Assembly (NCBI GenBank): GCA_021808545.1
Contig: JAKBBM010000001.1
Span: 21,330-85,329, forward strand
DNA: 64,000 nt
DNA from: Pseudomonadota bacterium
Lineage (GTDB): Bacteria; Pseudomonadota; Alphaproteobacteria; Acetobacterales; Acetobacteraceae
Reading direction: 5' to 3'
Shown here piece by piece: positions 10,285-23,377 of the stretch. Both the position numbers and the translations under genes were made by a program. Every line of letters begins with the position of its first letter. Positions within the stretch are counted from its first letter, which is position 1. The notes below the pieces were generated by a model, which saw only the letters and a program-made list of their open reading frames with translations, was not told the origin of the DNA and did not search any database.

Positions 10285-11006
10285 CCGATTTGGAACTGGC
10301 GAAACATATCGCGGACACGGCGGGCACGCTGCTGCTCACCTTGCAGGAGTCTGGCCTGTTTTCGGAAAAGGCGCTGGGCAAGGCGGGGGACCGCGTGGCC
10401 AATGCCTTCATCATGGAGGCGCTGCGTCAGCAGCGCCCCGATGATGCGGTGCTCTCCGAGGAAGAGAAGGACAATGCGGCGCGGTTGCAGGCGGGCCGGG
10501 TGTGGATCGTGGATCCGCTGGATGGCACGCGTGAGTATGGCGAACGCCGGAGTGATTGGGCCGTGCATATCGCGCTCAGCATTGACGGCAAGCCGCAAGT
10601 GGGCGCCGTGGCGCTGCCTGGGTTGAAGCTTACCCTAACCTCCACGCCGCAAGCCCTGCCGCCGGTGGCGCCGAAGCTGCGCATGCTGGTTAGCCGCACG
10701 CGCCCCGCCAAGGAGGCGGTGGCGGTGGCGGAAGCGCTGGGCGCCGAGCTTGTGCCTATGGGCTCGGCTGGGGCCAAGGCCATGGCCGTGCTGCGCGGCG
10801 AGGCGGATATCTACCTGCATACGGGCGGGCAGTATGAGTGGGATAATTGCGCCCCCGCCGCCGTGGCGCTGGCCGCCGGGCTGCATGCCAGCCGGGTGGA
10901 TGGTAGCCCGCTCACCTATAATCACGAAAACCCGTATCTGCCGGATCTGCTGATCTGCCAGAAACACCTCGCCCCTCAGGTGATGCGGGCGCTCGCGGCC
11001 ATTTAG
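10281..11006 (+). CDS. cysQ: 3'(2'),5'-bisphosphate nucleotidase (inositol monophosphatase family)
   Basis: [36 protein letters not shown]; GTGA overlap with cysNC. Confidence 0.9.
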   Translation: MTDLELAKHIADTAGTLLLTLQESGLFSEKALGKAGDRVANAFIMEALRQQRPDDAVLSEEEKDNAARLQAGRVWIVDPLDGTREYGERRSDWAVHIALSIDGKPQVGAVALPGLKLTLTSTPQALPPVAPKLRMLVSRTRPAKEAVAVAEALGAELVPMGSAGAKAMAVLRGEADIYLHTGGQYEWDNCAPAAVALAAGLHASRVDGSPLTYNHENPYLPDLLICQKHLAPQVMRALAAI

Positions 11007-11070
11007 CCGCCCGGCTTGCGCTGTCCTGGGCGGTGGTCTACCTCGCCCGGGACAGCAGAGGAGCCAATAA

Positions 11071-12348
<1,278 letters not shown>

Positions 12349-12371
12349 GCCGGCGTTTCGCGCTCATGCAA

Positions 12372-12404
12372 GCCCCGGGGACCGCAAGGCCCCCGGGGTT
12401 TTTT
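12372..12404 (+). terminator. Rho-independent terminator after eno
   Basis: CCCCGGGGACC-GCAA-GGCCCCCGGGG-TTTTTT (GNRA loop plus U-tract). Confidence 0.85.
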
Positions 12405-12477
12405 GTGCGGCGAGGTGCTGGACGCCAGATTGGCCCTGGCGCGCGGGTTAATCAGAAAGAGCTATCCGGGAGCGGTG

Positions 12478-13035
12478 TCAGGGGGCAGAGTGAGAGGGAA
12501 CATGATATCGCCGCAACGCACGCGTGAGCGCGGCGATGGAAAGCCCGTCAGGCAGTACGGTCGCCAACTGGCCTGACGGGGACAGAATATAAATCAAACC
12601 GCTATGGGTGGGCTGCCCATTTGGTCCATTGGGCCATGAGACATAGGTATGGAAGGCGGTTATTGTATTCTGGATTTGTTGGGGGCTTCCGCCCAGCCCT
12701 TCAATGCGGGGCGAGAATAAAGAGGCGTAATGCGCGACGGTTTTGGGGCTGTCATGGCGCGGATCCACGGTGACGAAGATGGCATCGAATGTCTTATCGA
12801 GCGGATCAGCCGTTTTTATGGCCCGCGCGAGGCGAAAAAGCGTTGTTGGGCAAAGGTCCGCGCATCTCGTATAACCAAAGAACACCAAGAGATAGCGCCC
12901 ATGGAACTGGGCCTGTGTCACGGTCTTTCCGGCACCGTTCTGCAGGCTGAACGTGAAGGGTGGGGGTGTCTCCGCCGCGCAGATTGCTGGCCATAACAGC
13001 ATTCCAGCAAGAAGGGCCCGGCGTCTTGTCATCAT
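12478..13035 (-). CDS. SCO1/SenC family copper-binding thioredoxin-fold protein
   Basis: FFGYTRCADLCP (CxxxC), FVTVDP.HD, conserved His in QPTHSGLIYIL.P.G; N-terminal TRRRALL Tat-like leader. Confidence 0.92.
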   Translation of the reverse strand: MMTRRRALLAGMLLWPAICAAETPPPFTFSLQNGAGKTVTQAQFHGRYLLVFFGYTRCADLCPTTLFRLARAIKTADPLDKTFDAIFVTVDPRHDSPKTVAHYASLFSPRIEGLGGSPQQIQNTITAFHTYVSWPNGPNGQPTHSGLIYILSPSGQLATVLPDGLSIAALTRALRRYHVPSHSAP

Positions 13036-14645
13036 GCCATCTCTTTTATGAGTTTTGAATTGTCATCATATGAAGCGGCGGTGCCTTCGGCGGTAATGAA
13101 TCGTTTTTGAAGTGTTATCATGTGGCGTGCCTCCGCGAGAAGGCTGTTGGCCGCGGCGTTGGCCTCTTCCACCATGGCTGCATTTTGTTGGGTTACCTGG
13201 TCCATGTCGCCAACGGCCTGGCTGACCAGTTTAAGGGATGAATTCTGCTCTTGTGCGGTATCGCTGATGCGCCGGACCATCTTGTCGATCTCGTCAACCT
13301 GGGATGCGAGATTTGTGAGAACGGTGCCGGTTTTGTCGACATATTCAACACCCGATTTGACCTGGCTTTCGGACGTGGAAATCAACGTCCTGATCTCCTT
13401 GGCCGCCTCGGCGGTTCGTTGCGCGAGGGCCCGCACCTCTGAGGCGACCACGGCAAACCCCCGTCCAGCCTCGCCCGCGCGCGCGGCTTCCACACCGGCA
13501 TTCAAGGCCAATAGGTTAGTCTGGAAGGCAATATCGTTGATCACACCGATGATCTGTGCGATTTGCCGCGATGATTCATCGATCGCACTCATCGCGATCA
13601 TGGCTTCATGCATGACTTCGCTTGAGTTGTGCGCCATTTCATGCGCTTGGCCAGCCAGATCCCGGGTGCGGACGACATCGTTCAGGGTCTGACCAAGCCC
13701 CTGCGAGACCTCGGTAATTGTCGCTGCCGTTTTTTCAAGCGCGGCGGCTTGTCGTTCTGTCCGCTGGGCCATGTCTTCCACGGCTGTGGAAATCTCCGCA
13801 GAGCCATTTTCAACAGTTCCGGCCTGAGCTGCTAAATCGCGAATCACGTCGTTTAATTGTTGCGCTGTAGAATTGAAATCATGGCGCAGCACATCGTATT
13901 CCGGAGGAAAAGTATCATTCAGCCTCTTATTCAGTTTGCCCTGGGCGAGGCTGGATAATCCGCCGGCGAGCGCATCGATCACCTGTTGCAGGCGGGCCGC
14001 GTCTTGCGCGCGTGCTTTTGCCAGTGCTTCCTGTTCGGCTTCGCGGGCAGCCCGCTCAGCCTTGGCCTCCTGTTCCGCGCGTTCGGCTTCACGCTTGGCC
14101 AATTCTGCTTGTTTGATACTGAGCTCGCTTTCCCTGAAGAGACTATTGATCGAGTTTGACATCAGGATTAGCGCGCCGGCCTCGGCGACGAGGATCGAAG
14201 CGTGCAGGATAACCCGTCTGAAGTCGGCACCATCTGGAAACACCAAGGCAGGGGCAAGGAAATTCAGCAGGATATGATGAATCGCGACCGCAAGAGTGGC
14301 GATTATGATTGCATCGCGATCGCAATTTGCCGCAATGACGGCGATGGCGGCAAAATAATACATGTGCAGATCGATCTGCATTTCGCTGCCGCGCGCCGCG
14401 GCCACCATCACCGAAATGACGGCGACGAACGCAACCGCGGTGGTCAGGCGCGCGCTTTTGCCCAGGGGCGCTATTTTCCAGGTGATATGGGAAATGGCCG
14501 CGAGAACGGCGCCCATGATCAAGGGAGCCACCCAGCCATTTCCCGCGAGATATCCTGTGAGAGCGGCAAAACCGGCATTGGCCCACATCCAAATAACGAG
14601 CAGGCGGCTGATGGAGAGGCGCAATGCGCTGATCTTGTCATTCAT
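13032..14645 (-). CDS. Methyl-accepting chemotaxis protein with ~6-TM His-containing membrane sensor, HAMP and MA domains
   Basis: IAFQTNLLALNAGVEAARAGEAGRGFAVVASEVRALAQR; HAMP-like EYDVLRHDFN; hydrophobic N-terminus. Start 14645 is chosen after GAAGGA and overlaps the upstream gene. Confidence 0.93.
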   Translation of the reverse strand: MNDKISALRLSISRLLVIWMWANAGFAALTGYLAGNGWVAPLIMGAVLAAISHITWKIAPLGKSARLTTAVAFVAVISVMVAAARGSEMQIDLHMYYFAAIAVIAANCDRDAIIIATLAVAIHHILLNFLAPALVFPDGADFRRVILHASILVAEAGALILMSNSINSLFRESELSIKQAELAKREAERAEQEAKAERAAREAEQEALAKARAQDAARLQQVIDALAGGLSSLAQGKLNKRLNDTFPPEYDVLRHDFNSTAQQLNDVIRDLAAQAGTVENGSAEISTAVEDMAQRTERQAAALEKTAATITEVSQGLGQTLNDVVRTRDLAGQAHEMAHNSSEVMHEAMIAMSAIDESSRQIAQIIGVINDIAFQTNLLALNAGVEAARAGEAGRGFAVVASEVRALAQRTAEAAKEIRTLISTSESQVKSGVEYVDKTGTVLTNLASQVDEIDKMVRRISDTAQEQNSSLKLVSQAVGDMDQVTQQNAAMVEEANAAANSLLAEARHMITLQKRFITAEGTAASYDDNSKLIKEMA

Positions 14646-14961
14646 GATTTGTGTCCTTCGGCGGTAAGCTGGAACATCCGCCAAGATAACGCGGGTTGAG
14701 TACAGCCCAGGCGCCAGTTGAAAGGGGAGAGGGATCACCTGGTGTTGGCGCGAGGATGACGATATTTTGTGAGATTCCGAAGCGGACCACCGAACCGGCG
14801 CGCATGGCGGCAACAAAGATCTGCGTTGTGCTCCACCAGGGCGGATACAGCAGCGCAACAGTCTGGCTATCTGGGGCGGGCTGCAGCTCGAGCCAGACAC
14901 AGGCGACTGCCGATATGAAGATAAGGCCCAAACCGGGAAGCCATTGAGTGATATGAAACAT
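14638..14961 (-). CDS. Hypothetical membrane-anchored protein (YPPWW...LNPRYLGGC)
   Basis: N-terminal hydrophobic helix; stop overlaps the MCP start (coupled); no competing credible ORF. Confidence 0.7.
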   Translation of the reverse strand: MFHITQWLPGLGLIFISAVACVWLELQPAPDSQTVALLYPPWWSTTQIFVAAMRAGSVVRFGISQNIVILAPTPGDPSPLSTGAWAVLNPRYLGGCSSLPPKDTNHE

Positions 14962-15162
14962 CAGAGCAGCTAATAAGTCTAGAAATGCAATAAACGAGGG
15001 TGATTAATTTTGAGTGAATCGTATGTATGCTGCCCCTGCCGGACGTATCGGCACCATAAACCGCGCCTTCAGCAGCCGCTGGTGCCGGGTGGATTGCGCC
15101 GCCGGGCTCGATGGCGCGATTTTTTCAGGAAGGTCGGCCGCTTTATCAAGATGTCAGCTGAT

Positions 15163-15236
15163 TGGCTGGGGGACCTGGATTCGAACCAAGGCTGCCCGGG
15201 TCAGAGCCGGGAGTTCTACCGCTAAACTATCCCCCA
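15163..15236 (-). tRNA. tRNA-Gln(CUG)
   Basis: Reverse complement TGGGGGA...CCCGGCT-CTG-ACCCGGG...GGTTCGAATCC...TCCCCCAGCCA; 74 nt with encoded CCA. Confidence 0.97.
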
Positions 15237-15383
15237 GCGGCGCCGTGGCGGCCGCTTAGCACTGCTGGGCGCATGGGGCAAGCCTTATTGCCGTCATGTC
15301 CATGTCATAAAATCGCATGAACATGCGAACAGGCGGCGTTTGCGGCTTGCCGGGTGCGTCTAAAGCGCGAATATATAAAGACA

Positions 15384-16445
15384 ATGGGCAGTCAGATTTC
15401 CGCTTCGAACTATGCTGGGCCGGCTGATTCGCGGCGTGCGGGGCGGCGTCCGGTGTTTGGCGGCATCGATCTGGGCACGAATAATTGCCGCATGCTGGTT
15501 GGCACGCCGGCGCCGCAAGGCTTTTATGTGCTGGATAGTTTTTCGCGTGTCGTACGGCTGGGCGAGGGGTTGTATGAGACCGGGCGGCTCTCGCCCCACG
15601 CCATGGAACGGGCGATCGAGAGCCTGCGCATCTGCGCCGCGCGCGCGCGGCGCTGGAGTGGGGATGCCGAAACCGGCCCGATCCGGCTGCGTGCCATCGC
15701 CACGGAGGCCTGCCGTCAGGCCGAGAATGGGGCTGAATTCATCTCTCGTGCGCGGGAGGCAACGGGGCTGCCGCTTGAAATCATCAACCCTCGCGAGGAA
15801 GCGGAGCTGGCGGTGGAAAGCTGCGCGCCGCTCATTGCCAGGGCTGGCCGACGGGCCCTTTTGTTCGATATTGGCGGCGGCTCGACCGAGATCGCCTGGG
15901 TACGGATGAACGGTGCGTCGGCCCCGGCGCTGATTGGGTATTTGTCCGTGCCGGTGGGGGTGGTCACGCTGTCGGAACGCTGCGCCAATAGCTGCTATAC
16001 GGCCGAGGGCTTCCAGTGCCTGGTCGAGGATATCGCGGCCTTGCTGCGCCCGTTCGAGGCCGTGCACCGGATTGGCGAGGAAATTCGCCGAGGCGGGGTG
16101 CTGATGGTCGGCACGTCAGGCACGGTGACCACGCTGGCGGGCATGTCGCTGAAGCTTGACCGTTATCGGCGGGGATTGGTGGATGGCCTGACCCTAACCC
16201 GCCAGGCGGTGGATGCCGCCCTGGCCGAGGCGCGGGCCCTGGGGCGGGATGGGTTGCGCCAGCATCCGTGTATCGGCGCCGAGCGGGTGGATTTTGTGCT
16301 TCCAGGCTGCGCCATTTTCGCCGCTATTCACGAGCTGTGGCAGGTCCCGCGCCTGCTGGTGGCCGACCGGGGCTTGCGAGAGGGGATGTTGCTGCGGCTG
16401 ATGCGTGGCCCCCGCGCGCCACGAAAGGGAAGTATCCACGCATGA
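15384..16445 (+). CDS. Ppx/GppA family phosphatase
   Basis: GIDLGTNNCRMLV, AIATEACRQAENG, EEAEL, FDIGGGSTE, GTSGTVTT, ADRGLREG. Confidence 0.93.
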   Translation: MGSQISASNYAGPADSRRAGRRPVFGGIDLGTNNCRMLVGTPAPQGFYVLDSFSRVVRLGEGLYETGRLSPHAMERAIESLRICAARARRWSGDAETGPIRLRAIATEACRQAENGAEFISRAREATGLPLEIINPREEAELAVESCAPLIARAGRRALLFDIGGGSTEIAWVRMNGASAPALIGYLSVPVGVVTLSERCANSCYTAEGFQCLVEDIAALLRPFEAVHRIGEEIRRGGVLMVGTSGTVTTLAGMSLKLDRYRRGLVDGLTLTRQAVDAALAEARALGRDGLRQHPCIGAERVDFVLPGCAIFAAIHELWQVPRLLVADRGLREGMLLRLMRGPRAPRKGSIHA

Positions 16446-17125
16446 GCAAAACCACCTCTTTACCGCCGCGCCGCGAGGCGGTGCGGCTCAAAAACGCGCG
16501 TAAATTATCCACATCCTCGCAGCGTTGGCTGCAGCGCCAGCTGAACGACCCCTACGTCGCCGCGGCCAAGGCGCAAGGCTGGCGCTCGCGCGCGGCATTC
16601 AAGCTCATTGAGCTAGATGAGAAATACAAGCTGATCGCCAAGGGGAACCGTGTGGTCGATCTGGGCGCGGCGCCTGGCGGCTGGGCGCAGGTGGCGCTGG
16701 CGCGCGGTGCCGTGCATGTGGTGGGGGTGGATCTGCTGCCCATAGATCCGGTTTCGGGGGCCGAGTTCATTCAAGGTGACTTCCTGGAAGAAGGCATGGA
16801 AGCCCGGCTGACCGGCCTTCTGGGCGGCAAGGCCGATCTTGTGCTCTCCGACATGGCGCCCAATACTTCCGGCCATGTCGCCACAGATCATCTGCGCATC
16901 ATGGCCCTGGCCGAGACGGCGCTGGCTTTTGCCTGCGATATTCTGGCCCCTGGCGGTGCCTTTGTCTGCAAGCTGTTCCAGGGTGGTGCCGAGCGTGAGA
17001 TGTTGGCCAAGCTCAAGGCGCGTTTTCGCACCGTGCGCCATGCCAAGCCGCCCGCCAGCCGCAAGGATTCAAAGGAGATGTATGTGGTGGCCACCGGTTT
17101 TCGCCCGGCCGAGAAAGAGGCGTAA
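16442..17125 (+). CDS. rlmE: 23S rRNA (U2552-2'-O)-methyltransferase RlmE/FtsJ
   Basis: WLQRQLNDPYV, RSRAAFKLIELD, VDLGAAPGGW, VLSDMAPN.SG, KPPASRKDSKEMY; ATGA overlap with ppx. Confidence 0.96.
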   Translation: MSKTTSLPPRREAVRLKNARKLSTSSQRWLQRQLNDPYVAAAKAQGWRSRAAFKLIELDEKYKLIAKGNRVVDLGAAPGGWAQVALARGAVHVVGVDLLPIDPVSGAEFIQGDFLEEGMEARLTGLLGGKADLVLSDMAPNTSGHVATDHLRIMALAETALAFACDILAPGGAFVCKLFQGGAEREMLAKLKARFRTVRHAKPPASRKDSKEMYVVATGFRPAEKEA

Positions 17126-17324
17126 CACCTGTTTAAATTTAAATAATTATTCGCGCATGCCTTTTTAAAGAATCACTATGACATAAATGCGGTGCCGGGT
17201 TTGTATCTGTGCCCGGCCTGGCAAAGTGGTTCTTAATAAAAGGCATTGGTATGCGGCACGTGTTTGGCAATCGCCATGGTATAACGAGCCCACAGCGGGC
17301 CATGGGGGGCGCGTGAGATCGCCT

Positions 17325-20173
<2,849 letters not shown>

Positions 20174-20259
20174 GGCTGTCCGTCCCGCCGCCGGATGGCG
20201 TCTTGCCGGGCCTGCCGCAAAATTCTAACGTTTTTTATAAACGTCTGACGGATTGGGAC

Positions 20260-21024
20260 ATGCGGGGATATTGGCGGGCGGAGCCGGACCAGCAGGACGG
20301 GCTGGCGCTGGCCGTGCGGGGCTTGAGCAAATCCTTTGGCCGTCAAGTGGTCGAGGGGCTGGACCTTAGTGTGCGTCCTGGTGAGTTTTATGCTCTGCTT
20401 GGCCCCAACGGGGCCGGCAAAACCACCAGCCTGCGCATGATCGCCGGGCTGATGCGCCCGGATGAGGGGCGGATCAGCGTGTTTGGGCATGATGTGCTGG
20501 CCAACCCTTTGGCCGCCAAATTGATTATGGCCTGGGTGCCCGACGAGCCTTTGCTGTATGACCGTTTGAGCCCGTTGGAATATCTGGCCTTCATTGCCGG
20601 ATTGTGGCGGATGCAGGCCCGCGCTGCCGAGGCCCGCGCTGCCGAATTGTTGGAAATTTTGGGGTTATGGCCGCATCGGCATGAGCGTTGCGAGGGGTTT
20701 TCCCGCGGGATGAAGCAAAAAACCGTGTTGGCCGGCGCTTTGCTGCATAATCCGCGGCTGCTGCTGCTCGATGAACCGCTCACCGGGCTGGATGCCGCCG
20801 CCGCGCGCCAGGTGAAGACGCTGCTGCAGGCCCATGTGGAAACCGGCGCGGCGATTATTCTGACGACCCATATTCTCGAGGTTGCCGAGCGGCTGGCGAC
20901 ACGTATAGGTATTCTCTCCGGTGGCGCGTTGCTGGCCGAGGATGATCTGGCGGGCCTGCGCGCCCGGGTTGGGTTTGTCGCCGGCTCGCTCGAGGATGTG
21001 TTTTTGCACCTGACAGCGCCTTAA
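20260..21024 (+). CDS. ABC transporter ATP-binding protein (exporter type)
   Basis: Walker A GPNGAGKT, FSRGMKQK signature, LLLLDEP, TTH. Confidence 0.93.
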   Translation: MRGYWRAEPDQQDGLALAVRGLSKSFGRQVVEGLDLSVRPGEFYALLGPNGAGKTTSLRMIAGLMRPDEGRISVFGHDVLANPLAAKLIMAWVPDEPLLYDRLSPLEYLAFIAGLWRMQARAAEARAAELLEILGLWPHRHERCEGFSRGMKQKTVLAGALLHNPRLLLLDEPLTGLDAAAARQVKTLLQAHVETGAAIILTTHILEVAERLATRIGILSGGALLAEDDLAGLRARVGFVAGSLEDVFLHLTAP

Positions 21025-22469
21025 TGTTGTTCGCGCCTGCAAGCTTTCCTTGGTTGCTGCGTCATGAGCTGCGTTTGCTGTGGCGTGGCTCGGTGCTGCT
21101 GCGCACGCGCCGCGCGGTGCTGGTGCCGGTGGCACTGGTGGGCGGCTTGTTCCAGCTCGTAGCCCTGCTGCTCGCGGGGCAGATCCTGCATCATCCGCTG
21201 GCCCCAGCCCAGATGCTGCTGGCGGCCAATATCAATGTCGTGTTTTTGGCGGCGCTGATGTTTTCGCGCGCGATCACGGCGAGCATCGACGTGCTTTACG
21301 CCCGTGGCGATGTGGATTTTCTGCTGGCCTCGCCCTTGCCGCCCGGGCGGGTGTTGGCGGTGCGTATATTGGGGGTGGCTTTTAGCATTGCCGCGCCCTG
21401 GCTGCTGCTGGGCGGGGTGCTGGCCAACGCGTTGGCCATGCGCGGGCAAGGATGGGCGCTGGCCATCTACCCCATGGTGCTGGCCGAGGCGCTGGTGGTT
21501 GCGGCCATTGCCTTTGCCGTCACGGTGGCGCTGCTGATGCGGATCAGCCCGCAGGCGGCGCGCCGGGTGGGGCATGGGCTGGCGCTGGCGGTCGGTGTTG
21601 GCATTTTCATCCTTGGCCAGGCGCCGCGTTTTGTTTCCGCCCCGCATTTGGCCGCGTTCTGGGCCGCCATGTTGCCGGGGCCGCATGGCGGCGGACTGGC
21701 GTTTTTGTTCGCACGCGGCTTGTTGGGGCAGGGGGGGGCGCTCATTGCCAGCCTTGGGGTCGCGCTGGCTGTGTTTGGCGCCATCTGGGGCGGGCTTGCC
21801 AAGTCTTTTGCTGAAGGCGCCATCAGCGCCGCCGCGGCGCGCCCGCGTGGACGTGTCCGTGGCCAGGGGGGCACGTTCCGGGCCAGCGCCCTGGCTGCGC
21901 TGTGCGGGCGGGATATGCGTTTGCTGTTGCGGTTTCCTGGTTTGGTCTCGCAGGTTGCTTACCGTTCGCTTGCCCTGGTGCCGGTGCTTATGATTTTGGC
22001 CGGGAAATTTCGGACTGGCGATGGCTTTGTCGTGGCTGTGCCGCTGCTGGTATTCTTGGGCGGGCAATTGGCGTTGTTTTTCGTATCGGTTTTATCGGGC
22101 AGCGATACGGCGCCAGATCTTGCCGCCAGCGCCCCGGTTACGGCGGCGCTCATCCGCCGTGCCCGTATCGCCACCGCCGCCTATGCCACGGTGCTGGTAC
22201 TGGCCGTGCCGCTGCTGGGCGTACTGGCGCGCGCGCCCGCCTTGCTGGAGCCGCTGCTGCTGGGGCTGGCCGGGGTGATGTTGTGTAACCTGATCTTGGG
22301 GTTGCGCCTGCCCATGCCGCTGACACGCGCGGCATTTGGTAAGGTGCAGCACGGCACATTGCTGGGGTTGGTTCTGGGGCTTGCGGTCAGCAGTTTTTGG
22401 GCGTTCATCATCTGGCTGATGGTAGCACCCGACCCGCTGATCTGGCTGCGCCCGGCCGCGGGCGGCTGA
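21024..22469 (+). CDS. Putative ABC exporter permease (multi-TM)
   Basis: Highly hydrophobic; LLRHELRLLWR, D.DFLLASPLP; TAATG coupling to the ATPase gene. Confidence 0.8.
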   Translation: MLFAPASFPWLLRHELRLLWRGSVLLRTRRAVLVPVALVGGLFQLVALLLAGQILHHPLAPAQMLLAANINVVFLAALMFSRAITASIDVLYARGDVDFLLASPLPPGRVLAVRILGVAFSIAAPWLLLGGVLANALAMRGQGWALAIYPMVLAEALVVAAIAFAVTVALLMRISPQAARRVGHGLALAVGVGIFILGQAPRFVSAPHLAAFWAAMLPGPHGGGLAFLFARGLLGQGGALIASLGVALAVFGAIWGGLAKSFAEGAISAAAARPRGRVRGQGGTFRASALAALCGRDMRLLLRFPGLVSQVAYRSLALVPVLMILAGKFRTGDGFVVAVPLLVFLGGQLALFFVSVLSGSDTAPDLAASAPVTAALIRRARIATAAYATVLVLAVPLLGVLARAPALLEPLLLGLAGVMLCNLILGLRLPMPLTRAAFGKVQHGTLLGLVLGLAVSSFWAFIIWLMVAPDPLIWLRPAAGG

Positions 22470-22474
22470 ACCAT

Positions 22475-23299
22475 TCAGCCGACCGGCAAATTATCTAACA
22501 GGCGGACATGGCCAAGCTTGGCCGCCGCGATCAGCCGTGCCGGATGCACTAGGCCCGAAACCGCCTCCAGCGATTGCGCGTGCACCAGCGCCACATAATC
22601 GGGCACCATGCCGGCCTGGGCCAGTTCGTGGCGGGCATGATGCAGGGTCGCGGCCACTTCCTTGCCGGCGACGATCTCTTGCGCGGCATGGGTCAGCGTG
22701 GCGTAGAGCCGCGGCGCGGCGCGGCGTTCCTCGGCAGTCAGGTAGCGGTTGCGCGACGACAAGGCGAGCCCGTCCGCCTCACGCACGGTTGGTACCGGCA
22801 CAATCTCAACCGGCAGCACCAGATCCGCTACCATGCGCGAGACAACCTGCACCTGCTGCCAATCCTTCTCGCCAAAATAGGCGGCTTGTGGGCGTAGCTG
22901 TCCAAACAGCTTGGCCACCACGGTGGCCACGCCGTTAAAATGCCCGGGCCGGGAAGCCCCTTCCCAATGCAAGGCAGGGCCGGCCATCTGAATATGGGTG
23001 GAATCGTGCGGCGGATACATGATGTCGGCCGTTGGCAGCCAGGCCAGGGCGCAGCCGGCTTCCTCAAGCTTGGCGAGATCTCCGGCCTCATCGCGCGGGT
23101 AGCGAGCGAAATCCTCGCGCGGGCCAAATTGCGTGGGGTTGACGAAAATGCTGGCGGCAACTGGCAGGCCCGCGGTTTTCGCGGCCTCGATGAGCGAGAG
23201 ATGCCCTTCATGCAGCGCGCCCATGGTCGGCACAAAGCCGATGGAGCCAAGTGTGGCGCGGGCGGCGCGCAATTCCTCGAATGTTCTGGCGATGATCAT
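22475..23299 (-). CDS. panC: Pantoate--beta-alanine ligase
   Basis: FVPTMGALHEGH, SIFVNPTQF, RPGHFNGVATVV, FGEKDWQQ, READGLALSSRN, VRLLDN. Confidence 0.97.
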   Translation of the reverse strand: MIIARTFEELRAARATLGSIGFVPTMGALHEGHLSLIEAAKTAGLPVAASIFVNPTQFGPREDFARYPRDEAGDLAKLEEAGCALAWLPTADIMYPPHDSTHIQMAGPALHWEGASRPGHFNGVATVVAKLFGQLRPQAAYFGEKDWQQVQVVSRMVADLVLPVEIVPVPTVREADGLALSSRNRYLTAEERRAAPRLYATLTHAAQEIVAGKEVAATLHHARHELAQAGMVPDYVALVHAQSLEAVSGLVHPARLIAAAKLGHVRLLDNLPVG

Positions 23300-23377
23300 T
23301 GTGCCCCCGGTTTTGACGATTTTGCGCGTTCCGTCCAGCCCCTGGGCAAGAGGGCTTTGGGTGGTTAGAAGGGTGGC

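Noticed and set aside
12428-12434. GATTGGC match to the tRNA-Gln 3' flank as a possible att site
   Set aside because: Only 7 bp, with no integrase in the window; not significant alone.
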